Below are positions 1 to 8,335 of a stretch of 64,000 nucleotides of DNA, piece after piece. Every line of letters begins with the position of its first letter. The first letter of the stretch is position 1. Both the position numbers and the translations under genes were made by a program. This stretch comes from a virus: IMG/VR virus record IMGVR_UViG_3300045988_049951; one strand, given 5' to 3'. A model generated the notes under the pieces. That model did not search any database. It saw only the letters and a list, made by a program, of their open reading frames with translations, and was not told the DNA's origin.

Positions 1-768
1 GGCTTTCTCCAGATCTACACCATTGCTTAGATCAATAAGTAAAGTTCCCATAGCCGTATTTCTAATCTTAGCTATAGGAGACTTAAAGTTTAACCAGCAA
101 TAGTTAGTTCTTACTTCTGGACTCAGAGTTTGAGCAGTAACTAGTGTTCTTCTAAATTCCTCCAAACTCTTCAAGAACTCTGCACCTCTATAGAGATTAT
201 TTCCTTCTATAAGCTCAATAACAGTTTCAACTGCCTCCAGCTTAAGCTCGCTGATAGAGCGTTCAAATACCCCAGCTCTTGCTCTGACATCTCCCCTGTA
301 ACCGGCAGCAGAGTCAAAACCATGAACTCGCCTGTTGAACTTGAAGTTATTCGGAATAGTTACGTACAGATGTGTCCAAGTTCTAGTTGTTCCATCAGGG
401 AGTAGTTGAACATTATGGTCACAACCATGAAATTCGTTCACATCTTGAATAAAGACGTCTCCTATTCCAGCTTCCTTAACCAATTTAGCTAAAGCCTGTG
501 CTGTTTTCTCATATCCAGGAGTATGCACATCGTCCCAGAATGTTTTAATCTTATAAGTTTGAGGGTCAATCGCTACAACTTTACCATAATGCCGGATAAA
601 AGATTTACAGGCATTGCAGTTATGGTCTTGTCTAACAGTTTCGTCCTCAAACGACAGAAGGTAGCCCATCCAAAGGAGGTCTTTATCAACATTAGCAACA
701 AACAGGTTTTCTGCAATCATATTATTGAAAGCAGCTTCTACATCTTTCTTAAAATTCTTAAATTCCAT
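1..768 (-). CDS. hypothetical protein, partial (C-terminus beyond the window edge); start MEFKNFKKDVEAAFNNM at 768
   Basis: Open minus-strand frame from the ATG at 768 running to nt 1 with no stop; it is absent from the ORF track only because it is truncated by the window edge. Confidence 0.45.
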   Translation of the reverse strand, partial: MEFKNFKKDVEAAFNNMIAENLFVANVDKDLLWMGYLLSFEDETVRQDHNCNACKSFIRHYGKVVAIDPQTYKIKTFWDDVHTPGYEKTAQALAKLVKEAGIGDVFIQDVNEFHGCDHNVQLLPDGTTRTWTHLYVTIPNNFKFNRRVHGFDSAAGYRGDVRARAGVFERSISELKLEAVETVIELIEGNNLYRGAEFLKSLEEFRRTLVTAQTLSPEVRTNYCWLNFKSPIAKIRNTAMGTLLIDLSNGVDLEKA

Positions 769-778
769 TTTAAATCTA

Positions 779-1000
779 TTAAGTGTTCAACTTTTTGTTC
801 ATTTCTCCCTCTAAATTTCTAAGAGTTTCTATACTCTCTTCATAGAACTTATCCTTACCTAATTCACAGACTTTGTAATTAGATAATATTTGCTGGAATC
901 GCAAATGTGGGCTACATTCTATGATTTGAGCTAGTCTAGTTAAAATCTTAAAGTTAGCTTTTTCTCTAAGCTCAATAGCCTTTTCAATCTGGGCTTCCAT
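779..1000 (-). CDS. hypothetical small protein (73 aa)
   Basis: ORF track; tight spacing within the minus-strand gene array. Confidence 0.35.
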   Translation of the reverse strand: MEAQIEKAIELREKANFKILTRLAQIIECSPHLRFQQILSNYKVCELGKDKFYEESIETLRNLEGEMNKKLNT

Positions 1001-1481
1001 ACTCGTTGATAATATCTAACTCTAATTCTTTAACTTTACTCTCATATAGAGAATCTTCAGCATATCCAATCCTATCTAGGAATCTATAATAGTCCTCTTC
1101 TGGATCGTACCTACTTAGAATAAATTGCTTATAAGCAAATACACAGCTTATCCAACTGTCAAACTTGAAATAGGACATCGTTCTTGAATTATATAATCCG
1201 AACAAATTATTGTTGTCCTTACAAAGTTTAGACTTGAAATTACCAGATTCTAGAACAGCCTGAGCTGTTATAATAGCAGGACTTGGGAAATCATAGTGTT
1301 TAAGGGTATTATACAATACTTCCTCATTCACCTCCTCCATCAAATAGAATGGATGTTCCGGCATCAGCATAATTTTCTCCTCTGGAAACCTCGCAGAATG
1401 TATCCAGTGGTGCAAGGAATAACCAGTTGCAAATCCGAATACAATACTAATCATTAAAATAATCAAAACTCTCTTTTTCAT
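984..1481 (-). CDS. peptidoglycan hydrolase with glucosaminidase (FlgJ C-terminal-like) domain and N-terminal TM anchor; putative lysin
   Basis: Motif AQAVLESGNFKSKLCKDNNNLFGLY matches the mannosyl-glycoprotein endo-beta-N-acetylglucosaminidase family consensus; hydrophobic N-terminus MKKRVLIILMISIVFGFATG. Confidence 0.55.
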   Translation of the reverse strand: MKKRVLIILMISIVFGFATGYSLHHWIHSARFPEEKIMLMPEHPFYLMEEVNEEVLYNTLKHYDFPSPAIITAQAVLESGNFKSKLCKDNNNLFGLYNSRTMSYFKFDSWISCVFAYKQFILSRYDPEEDYYRFLDRIGYAEDSLYESKVKELELDIINEYGSPD

Positions 1482-1774
1482 ATCTCAATAGAATTAATAA
1501 ATCTTGCATCATTACAAAGTTGATAAACAACCTTGCCAAGTTCCGGAACATAGACTATATAATAGTAATCAAAGAATTGATTATTATCTTCAAATCCTAT
1601 AATTACTCCTTTGTGCCCACTATCTACCACACAGTCTCTAAATAAATATTTTGAAATATCTTGGCGGATGTCATCATGGCCTGCCTGTAGAGCTGATATA
1701 CCCCAGTAGGAAGTATTTGTACCCCTAACTTCCTTTCCTAATAAGTCCTTATCGTATGAAATCTCAGTAATCAT
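1478..1774 (-). CDS. hypothetical protein (98 aa)
   Basis: ORF track; its start overlaps the upstream gene's stop (ATGA), indicating coupled translation. Confidence 0.4.
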   Translation of the reverse strand: MITEISYDKDLLGKEVRGTNTSYWGISALQAGHDDIRQDISKYLFRDCVVDSGHKGVIIGFEDNNQFFDYYYIVYVPELGKVVYQLCNDARFINSIEI

Positions 1775-1931
1775 GATGTTTTCTCAGGCTTATCCTTTTC
1801 TATGTTAACTACTATCATAAGCTCGGAATTAGGATTCTCACGATTCTTCGCCTTCCTGGCATCTTCTTCGGTATCATACTGACCTATAATGAATGGGATA
1901 TTATTTCTGCACTTAATCAGGTAGTATTCCT

Positions 1932-2225
1932 TCATTTTTCAATTCCAAAATAACTCTTTAATAATTCTATATTCCCTTCCTTAAGATGCCTTATAATAGC
2001 TTTTCTCTCCTTTTCATAGAGAATAATCTTGCTTTCTAAGATACTTATCTTATGGTTGAAATTATTTTCATATTCTTCCAAAGCTTCGGCAATGACTTTA
2101 ATCGCAGTACAATCCTTCATCATACTCTTCGTTATAATAGTCCTCGCTTCCACTATCGTCTCCGATAGGATTTTCCCAGCCATACTTTTCCGCAGTAGCC
2201 TTAAATAATGGCAAATACATAGCAT
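1932..2225 (-). CDS. hypothetical protein (start uncertain, possibly an internal Met near 2123)
   Basis: ORF track; the N-terminal part overlaps 2098..2547 in another frame, so the true start is probably the MMKDC methionine. Confidence 0.3.
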   Translation of the reverse strand: MLCICHYLRLLRKSMAGKILSETIVEARTIITKSMMKDCTAIKVIAEALEEYENNFNHKISILESKIILYEKERKAIIRHLKEGNIELLKSYFGIEK

Positions 2226-2547
2226 AGTTATCCTCTGGATAATCCTCTAAGCCTTCCTCAAGAACTCTATTCCATCTAAGAACTACGGCAAACATCAGAC
2301 TTGCAGAAATGCCTCTCCTGTCAAGAGCTTTTTCGAATCCGAACTCTACATCTTCTTTAAGTTGGACAAGAATATTCTCTCTAGTCCACTCTTTGGGTTC
2401 AGGATAAGGTTCATCACTATTCCACTTAAAACCTATTTTCTCTAACTGTTCCTGTGTCAGAAATTGAGCTAATCTAACTCCAAATCTATCGTCAAGAAAT
2501 ACAGACCATTCTTCGTAATTGTTTACGATTTCATCTAATGTTTTCAT
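2098..2547 (-). CDS. hypothetical protein with acidic C-terminus (149 aa)
   Basis: ORF track. Confidence 0.4.
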   Translation of the reverse strand: MKTLDEIVNNYEEWSVFLDDRFGVRLAQFLTQEQLEKIGFKWNSDEPYPEPKEWTRENILVQLKEDVEFGFEKALDRRGISASLMFAVVLRWNRVLEEGLEDYPEDNYAMYLPLFKATAEKYGWENPIGDDSGSEDYYNEEYDEGLYCD

Positions 2548-2873
2548 TATAATTCAGACAAATAAATGTTTTGAGGATATTCGTTAAATACTAGTAGAGT
2601 TACTGGACAAATCCAAACCCTATCGTTATAATTCTTACTCTTACACAAGTAAGTAGCTCCATTCCCATCTTCTTCAATCTTAGATAGAACAATCTTAGCT
2701 ACAGAAGGGTCAACCATCTGCAACCTAACAAATCTATCATCAAGAGAATCAAGAAGATTATCAGCCCCGCCAACCATAGCTAGCTCTCCTGGGTCTCCAT
2801 CGAAATCTGGCCACCAATAAAACCAGACTCCTCCCACTTTTACAAATTCAAATGTTTTTCGCATTAAACACAA
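2547..2873 (-). CDS. hypothetical protein (108 aa)
   Basis: ORF track; overlapping stop/start with the downstream gene. Confidence 0.4.
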   Translation of the reverse strand: MCLMRKTFEFVKVGGVWFYWWPDFDGDPGELAMVGGADNLLDSLDDRFVRLQMVDPSVAKIVLSKIEEDGNGATYLCKSKNYNDRVWICPVTLLVFNEYPQNIYLSEL

Positions 2874-2924
2874 ATTAAATTAAACAAAAAATACCCCAAC
2901 AACTTTCGCTGCTGGGGTACATAG

Positions 2925-2996
2925 TAACGCCAACGGGATTCGAACCCGTATGGCAGGCGTGAAAAGCCTAAATCCTAACCATTAGATGATGGCGCT
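2925..2996 (-). tRNA. tRNA-Glu (anticodon TTC)
   Basis: Manual fold: acceptor AGCGCCA/TGGCGTT, D-stem ATCT/GGAT, anticodon loop TTTTCAC, T-arm GGGTTCGAATCCCGT. Confidence 0.7.
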
Positions 2997-2999
2997 ATC

Positions 3000-3674
3000 C
3001 TACTGCACAATCAAGCTATAAGCTTCTTGCAACAGTTTAATAGTTGGAACCATACGGTTATCAACAACTATTATTTTATAAATGTTCAGAATTTCTTTGT
3101 AGGTTAAAGATGTACAAGTTAGAAATATCTGCACATCTTCGTTTACAGAACCATTTGACAATCCCAAATCTACTTTAATCATACTGGGTAATGTTCCAAT
3201 CTGAGAAATATCCCAAGTAGATTTAGTTCTCCTGAAAACTTCCCGCTGTTTGGAAGTAAGTTGCTTTTCTTTCAATCTAGACTCAATAATAGTACCATCA
3301 AACGTTAACGAACCTCCATCGGTATTACTATTATTTAATGCTAGCTGAATCTTCTGAACTGCAGAGTCTTTAGGTTTTGGCTTAAGTTGCACTCCTTCCT
3401 TCAAGCCCTTAATAACCTGCAATGAAGGAATAAAGTCTTTTATTTGAGTTGCATTCCATACAAGAAATTTTCCAGGACTATCCTTAACAGTAACTATATA
3501 CTTAGTCCCTCCGTTCAATGGGATAATTACTTGTAAGTCTGCATCACTCATTTTACTTAAATGGTCTGATACTCTAACTTTGACGTTTCCAATGACAAAG
3601 TAGCGAGAAACAGTGGTTTCAGCTTCGATAATCTCGGAAGCTGTTGCTAATAAATACTTTTCTAATCTAGTCAT
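3000..3674 (-). CDS. hypothetical protein (224 aa)
   Basis: ORF track; ends with TAG immediately 5' of tRNA-Glu. Confidence 0.45.
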   Translation of the reverse strand: MTRLEKYLLATASEIIEAETTVSRYFVIGNVKVRVSDHLSKMSDADLQVIIPLNGGTKYIVTVKDSPGKFLVWNATQIKDFIPSLQVIKGLKEGVQLKPKPKDSAVQKIQLALNNSNTDGGSLTFDGTIIESRLKEKQLTSKQREVFRRTKSTWDISQIGTLPSMIKVDLGLSNGSVNEDVQIFLTCTSLTYKEILNIYKIIVVDNRMVPTIKLLQEAYSLIVQ

Positions 3675-3702
3675 AAATAATTAATCTATTAAATTACCAA
3701 AG

Positions 3703-3775
3703 ATCCCCCACTCGGATTCGAACCGAGGTCTCGAGATTACAAATCACGTGTTCTAACCAACTAAACTACAGGGGA
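3703..3775 (-). tRNA. tRNA-Thr (anticodon TGT), one T-T mismatch in the anticodon stem
   Basis: Manual fold: acceptor TCCCCTG/TGGGGGA, D-loop AGTTGGTTA, anticodon loop TTTGTAA, T-arm CTCGGTTCGAATCCGAG. Confidence 0.55.
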
Positions 3776-3780
3776 ATAAA

Positions 3781-3819
3781 TGCCGAGACTGGGGGATTCG
3801 AACCCCAACCTTCACAGTG
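3781..3819 (-). other. tRNA 3'-fragment (T-arm GGGGGTTCGAATCCCCC plus acceptor 3' strand AGTCTCGGCA), partial duplicate of the adjacent tRNA 3' end
   Basis: Canonical T-loop and acceptor 3' half but no 5' acceptor, D-arm or anticodon arm; begins only about 11 nt after the upstream tRNA's 3' end, which shares TCTCGGCA. Confidence 0.5.
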
Positions 3820-3891
3820 CCGAGAGTACCAGACTCGAACTGGCGACCTTCGCATAGACAGTGCACTATTCTACCACTGAACTAACCCTCG
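3820..3891 (-). tRNA. tRNA-Asp (anticodon GTC, unusual T at position 37)
   Basis: Manual fold: acceptor CGAGGGT/ACTCTCG, anticodon loop CTGTCTA, T-arm GCCAGTTCGAGTCTGGT. Confidence 0.5.
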
Positions 3892-3902
3892 GTGTAACTG
3901 GA

Positions 3903-4454
3903 TTACTCCAGACTAATTAAACCCTTCTCTAACATAATATGGTGATTCGGACATAACCATACTAAATTATTCTCGTTGTTAATCTCCTTAATAAGAGTGT
4001 CTTCGTCAAATTCTAATATTCCTTTAAGATGATGTACTTCAAGTATTGCATCAAATTCATGATTATGACAATATTGACATACTTTCTCACGTTCGGAACT
4101 TTCTAATACTCTACGAGCATTAGTCCTTATTTCTTGACATTTAGATGATAAGTACTTCTGCCCAGATGTATAATAACCCAATGTTTTGTTACCAATTCCA
4201 TTAAGTTCTTCCCAGCAACTACGACACATTTCTGAATCTTTATGCTTAGGTTTACCACATCTAGGACATATCTTGTTTTCATCGTGCTTTATCCTACCTC
4301 TATTATTGTAAGAAGCAGCACACGAATGACTACAAAACTGTTTCTTCCTCACATCTGCGACCCTCTGATTATCTAGTACTTCGATTACCTTACCACATTC
4401 CTTACAGTGGTTAGGATTCTCATAATACAATTTAAGAGATTGTTCTCGATTCAC
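3903..4454 (-). CDS. HNH endonuclease with zinc-ribbon motifs
   Basis: Several CxxC pairs and a C-terminal HNH-like motif HHLKGI...NLVWLCPNHHIMLEKG. Confidence 0.55.
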   Translation of the reverse strand: MNREQSLKLYYENPNHCKECGKVIEVLDNQRVADVRKKQFCSHSCAASYNNRGRIKHDENKICPRCGKPKHKDSEMCRSCWEELNGIGNKTLGYYTSGQKYLSSKCQEIRTNARRVLESSEREKVCQYCHNHEFDAILEVHHLKGILEFDEDTLIKEINNENNLVWLCPNHHIMLEKGLISLE

Positions 4455-4591
4455 AGATAAGTTTAATTAATTTTAATGACAGTGTGATATGCAAGCCATT
4501 ACACCACAGCCTCGAAAATGCAGGTATTTATCTCGTTACACCTGCGAGTCCGGCAATCCTTTCTTATATACCGCGTGAGCTGGCGGTTTTG

Positions 4592-4665
4592 TAGGGCTAA
4601 TCAGACTTGAACTGATAACCTCCACATTATCAGTGTGGTGCTCTAACCAGTTGAGCTATAGCCCT
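4592..4665 (-). tRNA. tRNA-Ile (anticodon GAT)
   Basis: Manual fold: acceptor AGGGCTA/TAGCCCT, anticodon stem-loop CCACA-CTGATAA-TGTGG, T-arm ATCAGTTCAAGTCTGAT. Confidence 0.75.
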
Positions 4666-4671
4666 ATTATG

Positions 4672-4696
4672 TGGACCTAACGGGAGTCGAACCCGT
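4672..4696 (-). other. orphan tRNA 3'-fragment (T-arm ACGGGTTCGACTCCCGT plus acceptor 3' strand TAGGTCCA)
   Basis: No matching 5' acceptor (GGACCTA) within about 400 nt; the 3' acceptor strand is identical to that of the tRNA(CAT) at 12600..12674. Confidence 0.4.
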
Positions 4697-5242
4697 GTCC
4701 AAACAACCCTCGTTACAAGGATAACGTGCGTCTCATTTTTATTACATCAGCTAGGGAGTTCTAGCATTTAGGTAGTTTTATAAGTCTTACAAGAGTCCAT
4801 ACTAAGTATTTCTCTAGATGCTTATCTACAAGCTACCAAACTATAGGGCTGACCGAAGTCAACGTTCCACCACTCCATTTACGTTGGAGAACGGGATGAT
4901 ACTTTAGAGATTCGTCACATCTCATGGAACACATCTTCCATCTGTTTTATGACGTAGGAGATTCAGTCTTACTAACTCTTAGAGTGTTCTGATTAAGAGT
5001 ATATTACTAGGATTAGAGCCTAGCTCTCCATTATGTCAATATACTCAACCTCTTCTGTTTCTAGGTCTCTCCCGTAACCCGACTTAGTTAATAGTGTCTA
5101 CCAACAAGCCAGCAGCTTAGGCTGCCATTCTTACTTCGCTATAAGTAGCATTTATTGTTTTTTCTTCGTTTAAAGAGATTGCGCTCTACACGTCCTTATA
5201 ATTCGTAATCGCCTGTCAAATCCAAGTAGGCCCATGTTCCCG

Positions 5243-5818
5243 TCAATTAGACGGGAGTTTACATTGTTTAATTATTTCCTTAGTAATTACGTTATTAGCT
5301 TCTCTAGATAACTTATTCAGTTTCTCTAGGTCAAACTCGCTAGATTGAAACTTGAATTGAATCCAAGTTGGCTCGCTTGGTCTATAATCTAACCAAGATT
5401 CACAGTCATCGGTTCCAAGAACTTCTCGTACCATAGCTAAAATACGTTCACCAGCAGCTTTAGTTTTTACGAATCCAGATAAATCATATCCAACCCCTCT
5501 AGAATGCCAATATTCCCCTTCTTCTGGTCTAACATCCTTAGGTTCCCAATGCCAAGGAGGAATACCTTTTCTAGGATGGTCTATTTTTATAGCTTCTTCC
5601 TTTACCCATTCAGAGTTTGGGTCAGATGGATTTTCTGGATAAGCTCCATATAAGCACTTAGCAGTAGGGTTATTGCTCCTGACTTCAAAATGTATACCAC
5701 AATGTTTACAAGTACCAGAAGTTAAACCTCCTCCAGATACGCAACTACCTTTAATGGCATCACAACCACAGTTGGGACAACCCCATTTTAGGTATTCGTC
5801 ATAAAGTATTGATAACAT
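5243..5818 (-). CDS. zinc-ribbon protein (191 aa), function unknown
   Basis: N-terminal GCPNCGCDAIKGSC...TCKHCG cysteine cluster; ORF track. Confidence 0.45.
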   Translation of the reverse strand: MLSILYDEYLKWGCPNCGCDAIKGSCVSGGGLTSGTCKHCGIHFEVRSNNPTAKCLYGAYPENPSDPNSEWVKEEAIKIDHPRKGIPPWHWEPKDVRPEEGEYWHSRGVGYDLSGFVKTKAAGERILAMVREVLGTDDCESWLDYRPSEPTWIQFKFQSSEFDLEKLNKLSREANNVITKEIIKQCKLPSN

Positions 5819-6114
5819 TATTTATTGAGTTTAAATTCCACTTCTTTTAGAACAACATACATTTTACCATCCTCTTTCTGTTCAACACAATTATTAGCTT
5901 GTAAAAAATTAATTATGAAGTCCATAGGAATGTGGTAATTGTCAGTTACAAGCATACTGCCATCAATATGATAGCGTTCTTTTCTCTCTAATCTAGTGGG
6001 ATTACCATTTATAGTAATCTCACCAGAACATTCATTATCCTTATCTGGTTTAATTCCCTTTATGTAAATAGAATAACCAGCTTCAGCTAAATAAACTTGT
6101 TGTATTACACTCAT
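5818..6114 (-). CDS. hypothetical protein (98 aa)
   Basis: ORF track; coupled with neighbours by overlapping stop/start. Confidence 0.4.
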   Translation of the reverse strand: MSVIQQVYLAEAGYSIYIKGIKPDKDNECSGEITINGNPTRLERKERYHIDGSMLVTDNYHIPMDFIINFLQANNCVEQKEDGKMYVVLKEVEFKLNK

Positions 6115-6536
6115 AGTTTTGGAACATCAGAACGATTATCATGATAACCTTCGTCCCCAACAAGTTGAGCCAGACAACCATGCATATAAGGAACAAGCTC
6201 AGGTTTCTCCTTATAACACCTGTATAGCATCCAACTCATACTCATGGAATTTCCACTATGTCCTTTGTCGTAGTACGGAAGTTTGTCTTTGATAGCCTCA
6301 ATCAGCTCAAATAAGCTAGGATATTTCTCATAGAAGGCTTTACATTCCTCCAGACTCATTTCTTTGAAAAACTCAGAAAATGATAGAGCTTGCTTTATAC
6401 AAGCCATTTCATAATCGAATAGGTCATTTTCTTCAAATGTACCATTACCAGCTTCAATGAATAAACGATTGAAACGTTCAATTCTCTCCTGAAATTCTTT
6501 CGGAAGAGATTCCTTCGTAAGATTCTTGAAATCCAT
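6111..6536 (-). CDS. hypothetical protein (141 aa)
   Basis: ORF track. Confidence 0.4.
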   Translation of the reverse strand: MDFKNLTKESLPKEFQERIERFNRLFIEAGNGTFEENDLFDYEMACIKQALSFSEFFKEMSLEECKAFYEKYPSLFELIEAIKDKLPYYDKGHSGNSMSMSWMLYRCYKEKPELVPYMHGCLAQLVGDEGYHDNRSDVPKL

Positions 6537-6567
6537 AATCTAATTTTAATTGTTAAAAATAACTTAG

Positions 6568-6640
6568 TAGCGGGAGTCGGATTCGAACCGACGACCTTCA
6601 GGTTATGAGCCTGACTAGCTACCTCTGCTATCATCCCGCG
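6568..6640 (-). tRNA. tRNA with anticodon CAT (Met, fMet or Ile2), copy 1
   Basis: Anticodon stem-loop TCAGG-CTCATAA-CCTGA, D-stem TAGC/GCTA, T-arm GTCGGTTCGAATCCGAC. Confidence 0.65.
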
Positions 6641-6643
6641 ATA

Positions 6644-6829
6644 TTACAAATGCTTTTTAATTAGTTTACAATGATTATACTCTCCTCCCCATCTAATAGG
6701 AAACTCTTTTTCCTTAGCCTCTTTATACTTCTCTGCCTGTTTCTTGTCTAAAAAGATTTGGCAATCAGTTTCATAATTTTGAGGAGCATTAGCTGGGTGA
6801 TAATTTACTACAACTACATATACTTTCAT
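6644..6829 (-). CDS. hypothetical small protein (61 aa)
   Basis: ORF track. Confidence 0.35.
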   Translation of the reverse strand: MKVYVVVVNYHPANAPQNYETDCQIFLDKKQAEKYKEAKEKEFPIRWGGEYNHCKLIKKHL

Positions 6830-6848
6830 AATTTTTTAAATAAAGTTT

Positions 6849-6921
6849 GTGGACACGCAGGGACTCGAACCCTATCTTCCGGTGTGCAAAACCAGCGCTC
6901 TAGCCATTTGAGCTAACGGCC
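6849..6921 (-). tRNA. tRNA-Ala-like (anticodon TGC) with a poorly paired acceptor stem; possibly a pseudo-tRNA
   Basis: Good D-arm, anticodon arm (CTGGT-TTTGCAC-ACCGG) and T-arm (TAGGGTTCGAGTCCCTG), but 5' GGGCCGT does not pair with 3' CGTGTCC. Confidence 0.35.
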
Positions 6922-7269
6922 CATTTTTGGGATTTTCTTTTTAATTGGTGACATACCCATAAATTTCCACTGTTAAGATTCCACAACTTAACAACACCAG
7001 ATAAGTTTTTTTGTTTGAATCATGTTCTAGTAGCATAAGTCCGCAACCATGCTACTCTCTCAGTTCATCGACTATCGTGTCAGAAAAGGTCTCTATGATT
7101 CCGCAGGGACTGGCTTTAACTTAAACCCCGAATGGATTTTTACCTTGCCAGGTCAGGATATTATTACGTTTCTAGCACTCTGAATTGATTTAGCCTGTTT
7201 AATCTTATAATCACGAACTACTTCTTTCATATAAGAGTTAAATTCCTTCATGTCTTTCCATGAAATCTC

Positions 7270-7428
7270 ATTAGCTAGTTTTGGAGTTTGAAACATTTTG
7301 TACTTTTCTAATAGGTCTTTCATTTCTCTCTTTAGTTTTCAAAGCATTTTCACACGCTTGTTTCTTCATTACATATGGACAATCACAATTTCCACTGTAG
7401 TACCAACAACAATAATCACACTGATGCA
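7270..7428 (-). CDS. hypothetical Cys-rich small protein (52 aa; MHQCDYCCWYYSGNCDCPY...)
   Basis: Manual translation of a minus-strand ORF below the 60-aa track cutoff; low confidence. Confidence 0.25.
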
Positions 7429-7450
7429 TAATCTAATATAAGGTCAATAG

Positions 7451-7522
7451 CTGGGGCACATGGACTCGAACCATGATTCTTTGATTAACAGTCAAAAGTT
7501 CTGACCTTTGAACTATACCCCA
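7451..7522 (-). tRNA. tRNA-Asn (anticodon GTT)
   Basis: Anticodon stem-loop TTTGA-CTGTTAA-TCAAA; T-arm CATGGTTCGAGTCCATG; acceptor TGGGGTA/TGCCCCA. Confidence 0.65.
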
Positions 7523-7767
7523 ATAGTTAATTTTCTCCACGGGTGTAGATAAGTACCCCTTTGGTACTTACCTTTTAGTAGTATCTTTACTCTAGACCTC
7601 TATAAGGAGGCGGAATAGTTCCAGAAACTAACCATGTATAGCTCTTAGAACTCTGTTCAAAATACCACTTAGCAGCTTTCTTCACAACATTAATTACTTT
7701 CTTCATAACATCAAAGTTTAAAATTGTTAATAATTAATCTAATTCAGAGCCACAAAAGGAGTTTAGT

Positions 7768-7844
7768 TGCGGAGGTAGGATTCGAACCGTTTATGACGAT
7801 TTCTAGGTTATGAGCCTAGCGAGATGACCACTTCTCTACTCCAC
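7768..7844 (-). tRNA. tRNA-like with anticodon CAT (copy 2) and a non-canonical T-arm region
   Basis: Perfect anticodon arm CTAGG-CTCATAA-CCTAG and D-arm GAGA/TCTC, but the sequences flanking TTCGAAT do not form a 5-bp T-stem. Confidence 0.35.
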
Positions 7845-8121
7845 GATATTGGTAACTACTTTACATCCGCTACCCAGGGATGCCTCTATCACCAGTGAGG
7901 CACGGACTATTCTAACCGTATAGCACGACTGGTTGGTAACGTCTCCAGACACGGCATTTAGACTGAAAATGTCGAAACAGTGATTTAAAGATTAAATAGG
8001 CTCTGGAAGATATTTTCAAATATAGCCATACTATGATTTGGTTTTATTCTTACAGCATCCTATAATATGACTCTATGCAGATTTATTGTCAGTAATTCCG
8101 TTATTAATTTGTTGCATCTTT

Positions 8122-8229
8122 CTAAAAGTCATAACAATGTTCCTTCCAGCGCTCTTCTATAGAAGTAGTAGTTTTTCCTACGTATCGCTTGCTATTAATT
8201 AAATTTGTAATGCAATAAATATATGCCAT
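8122..8229 (-). pseudogene. GIY-YIG homing-endonuclease N-terminal remnant (about 35 codons)
   Basis: MAYIYCITNLINSKRYVGKTTTSIEERWKEH is the GIY-YIG motif, followed by stop codons with no downstream continuation in any frame. Confidence 0.4.
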
Positions 8230-8249
8230 ATTTTTAAATTTAAAATTAG

Positions 8250-8333
8250 AATCCGTGGAGGGATTCGAACCCTCATTAAAGATTTCTCTTTTCAGTTTTG
8301 CAGACTGATGGCTAAACCATTCACCCACACGGA
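8250..8333 (-). tRNA. 84-nt type-II-like tRNA (long variable arm, 3-bp D-stem) with anticodon GCA (Cys) and discriminator T
   Basis: Acceptor ATCCGTG/CACGGAT, anticodon stem-loop TCAGT-CTGCAAA-ACTGA, variable arm AAAGAGAAATCTTTAAT, T-arm GAGGGTTCGAATCCCTC. Confidence 0.5.
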
Positions 8334-8335
8334 TA

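Noticed and set aside
4672-5070. Possible tmRNA (the orphan T-arm GGGTTCGACTCC plus acceptor 3' strand, with about 380 nt upstream, matches tmRNA length)
   Set aside because: There is no matching 5' acceptor strand (GGACCTA). I found no recognisable tag-peptide reading frame ending in ...AA-stop and no tmRNA 5' consensus. I treated it as an orphan tRNA 3' fragment.
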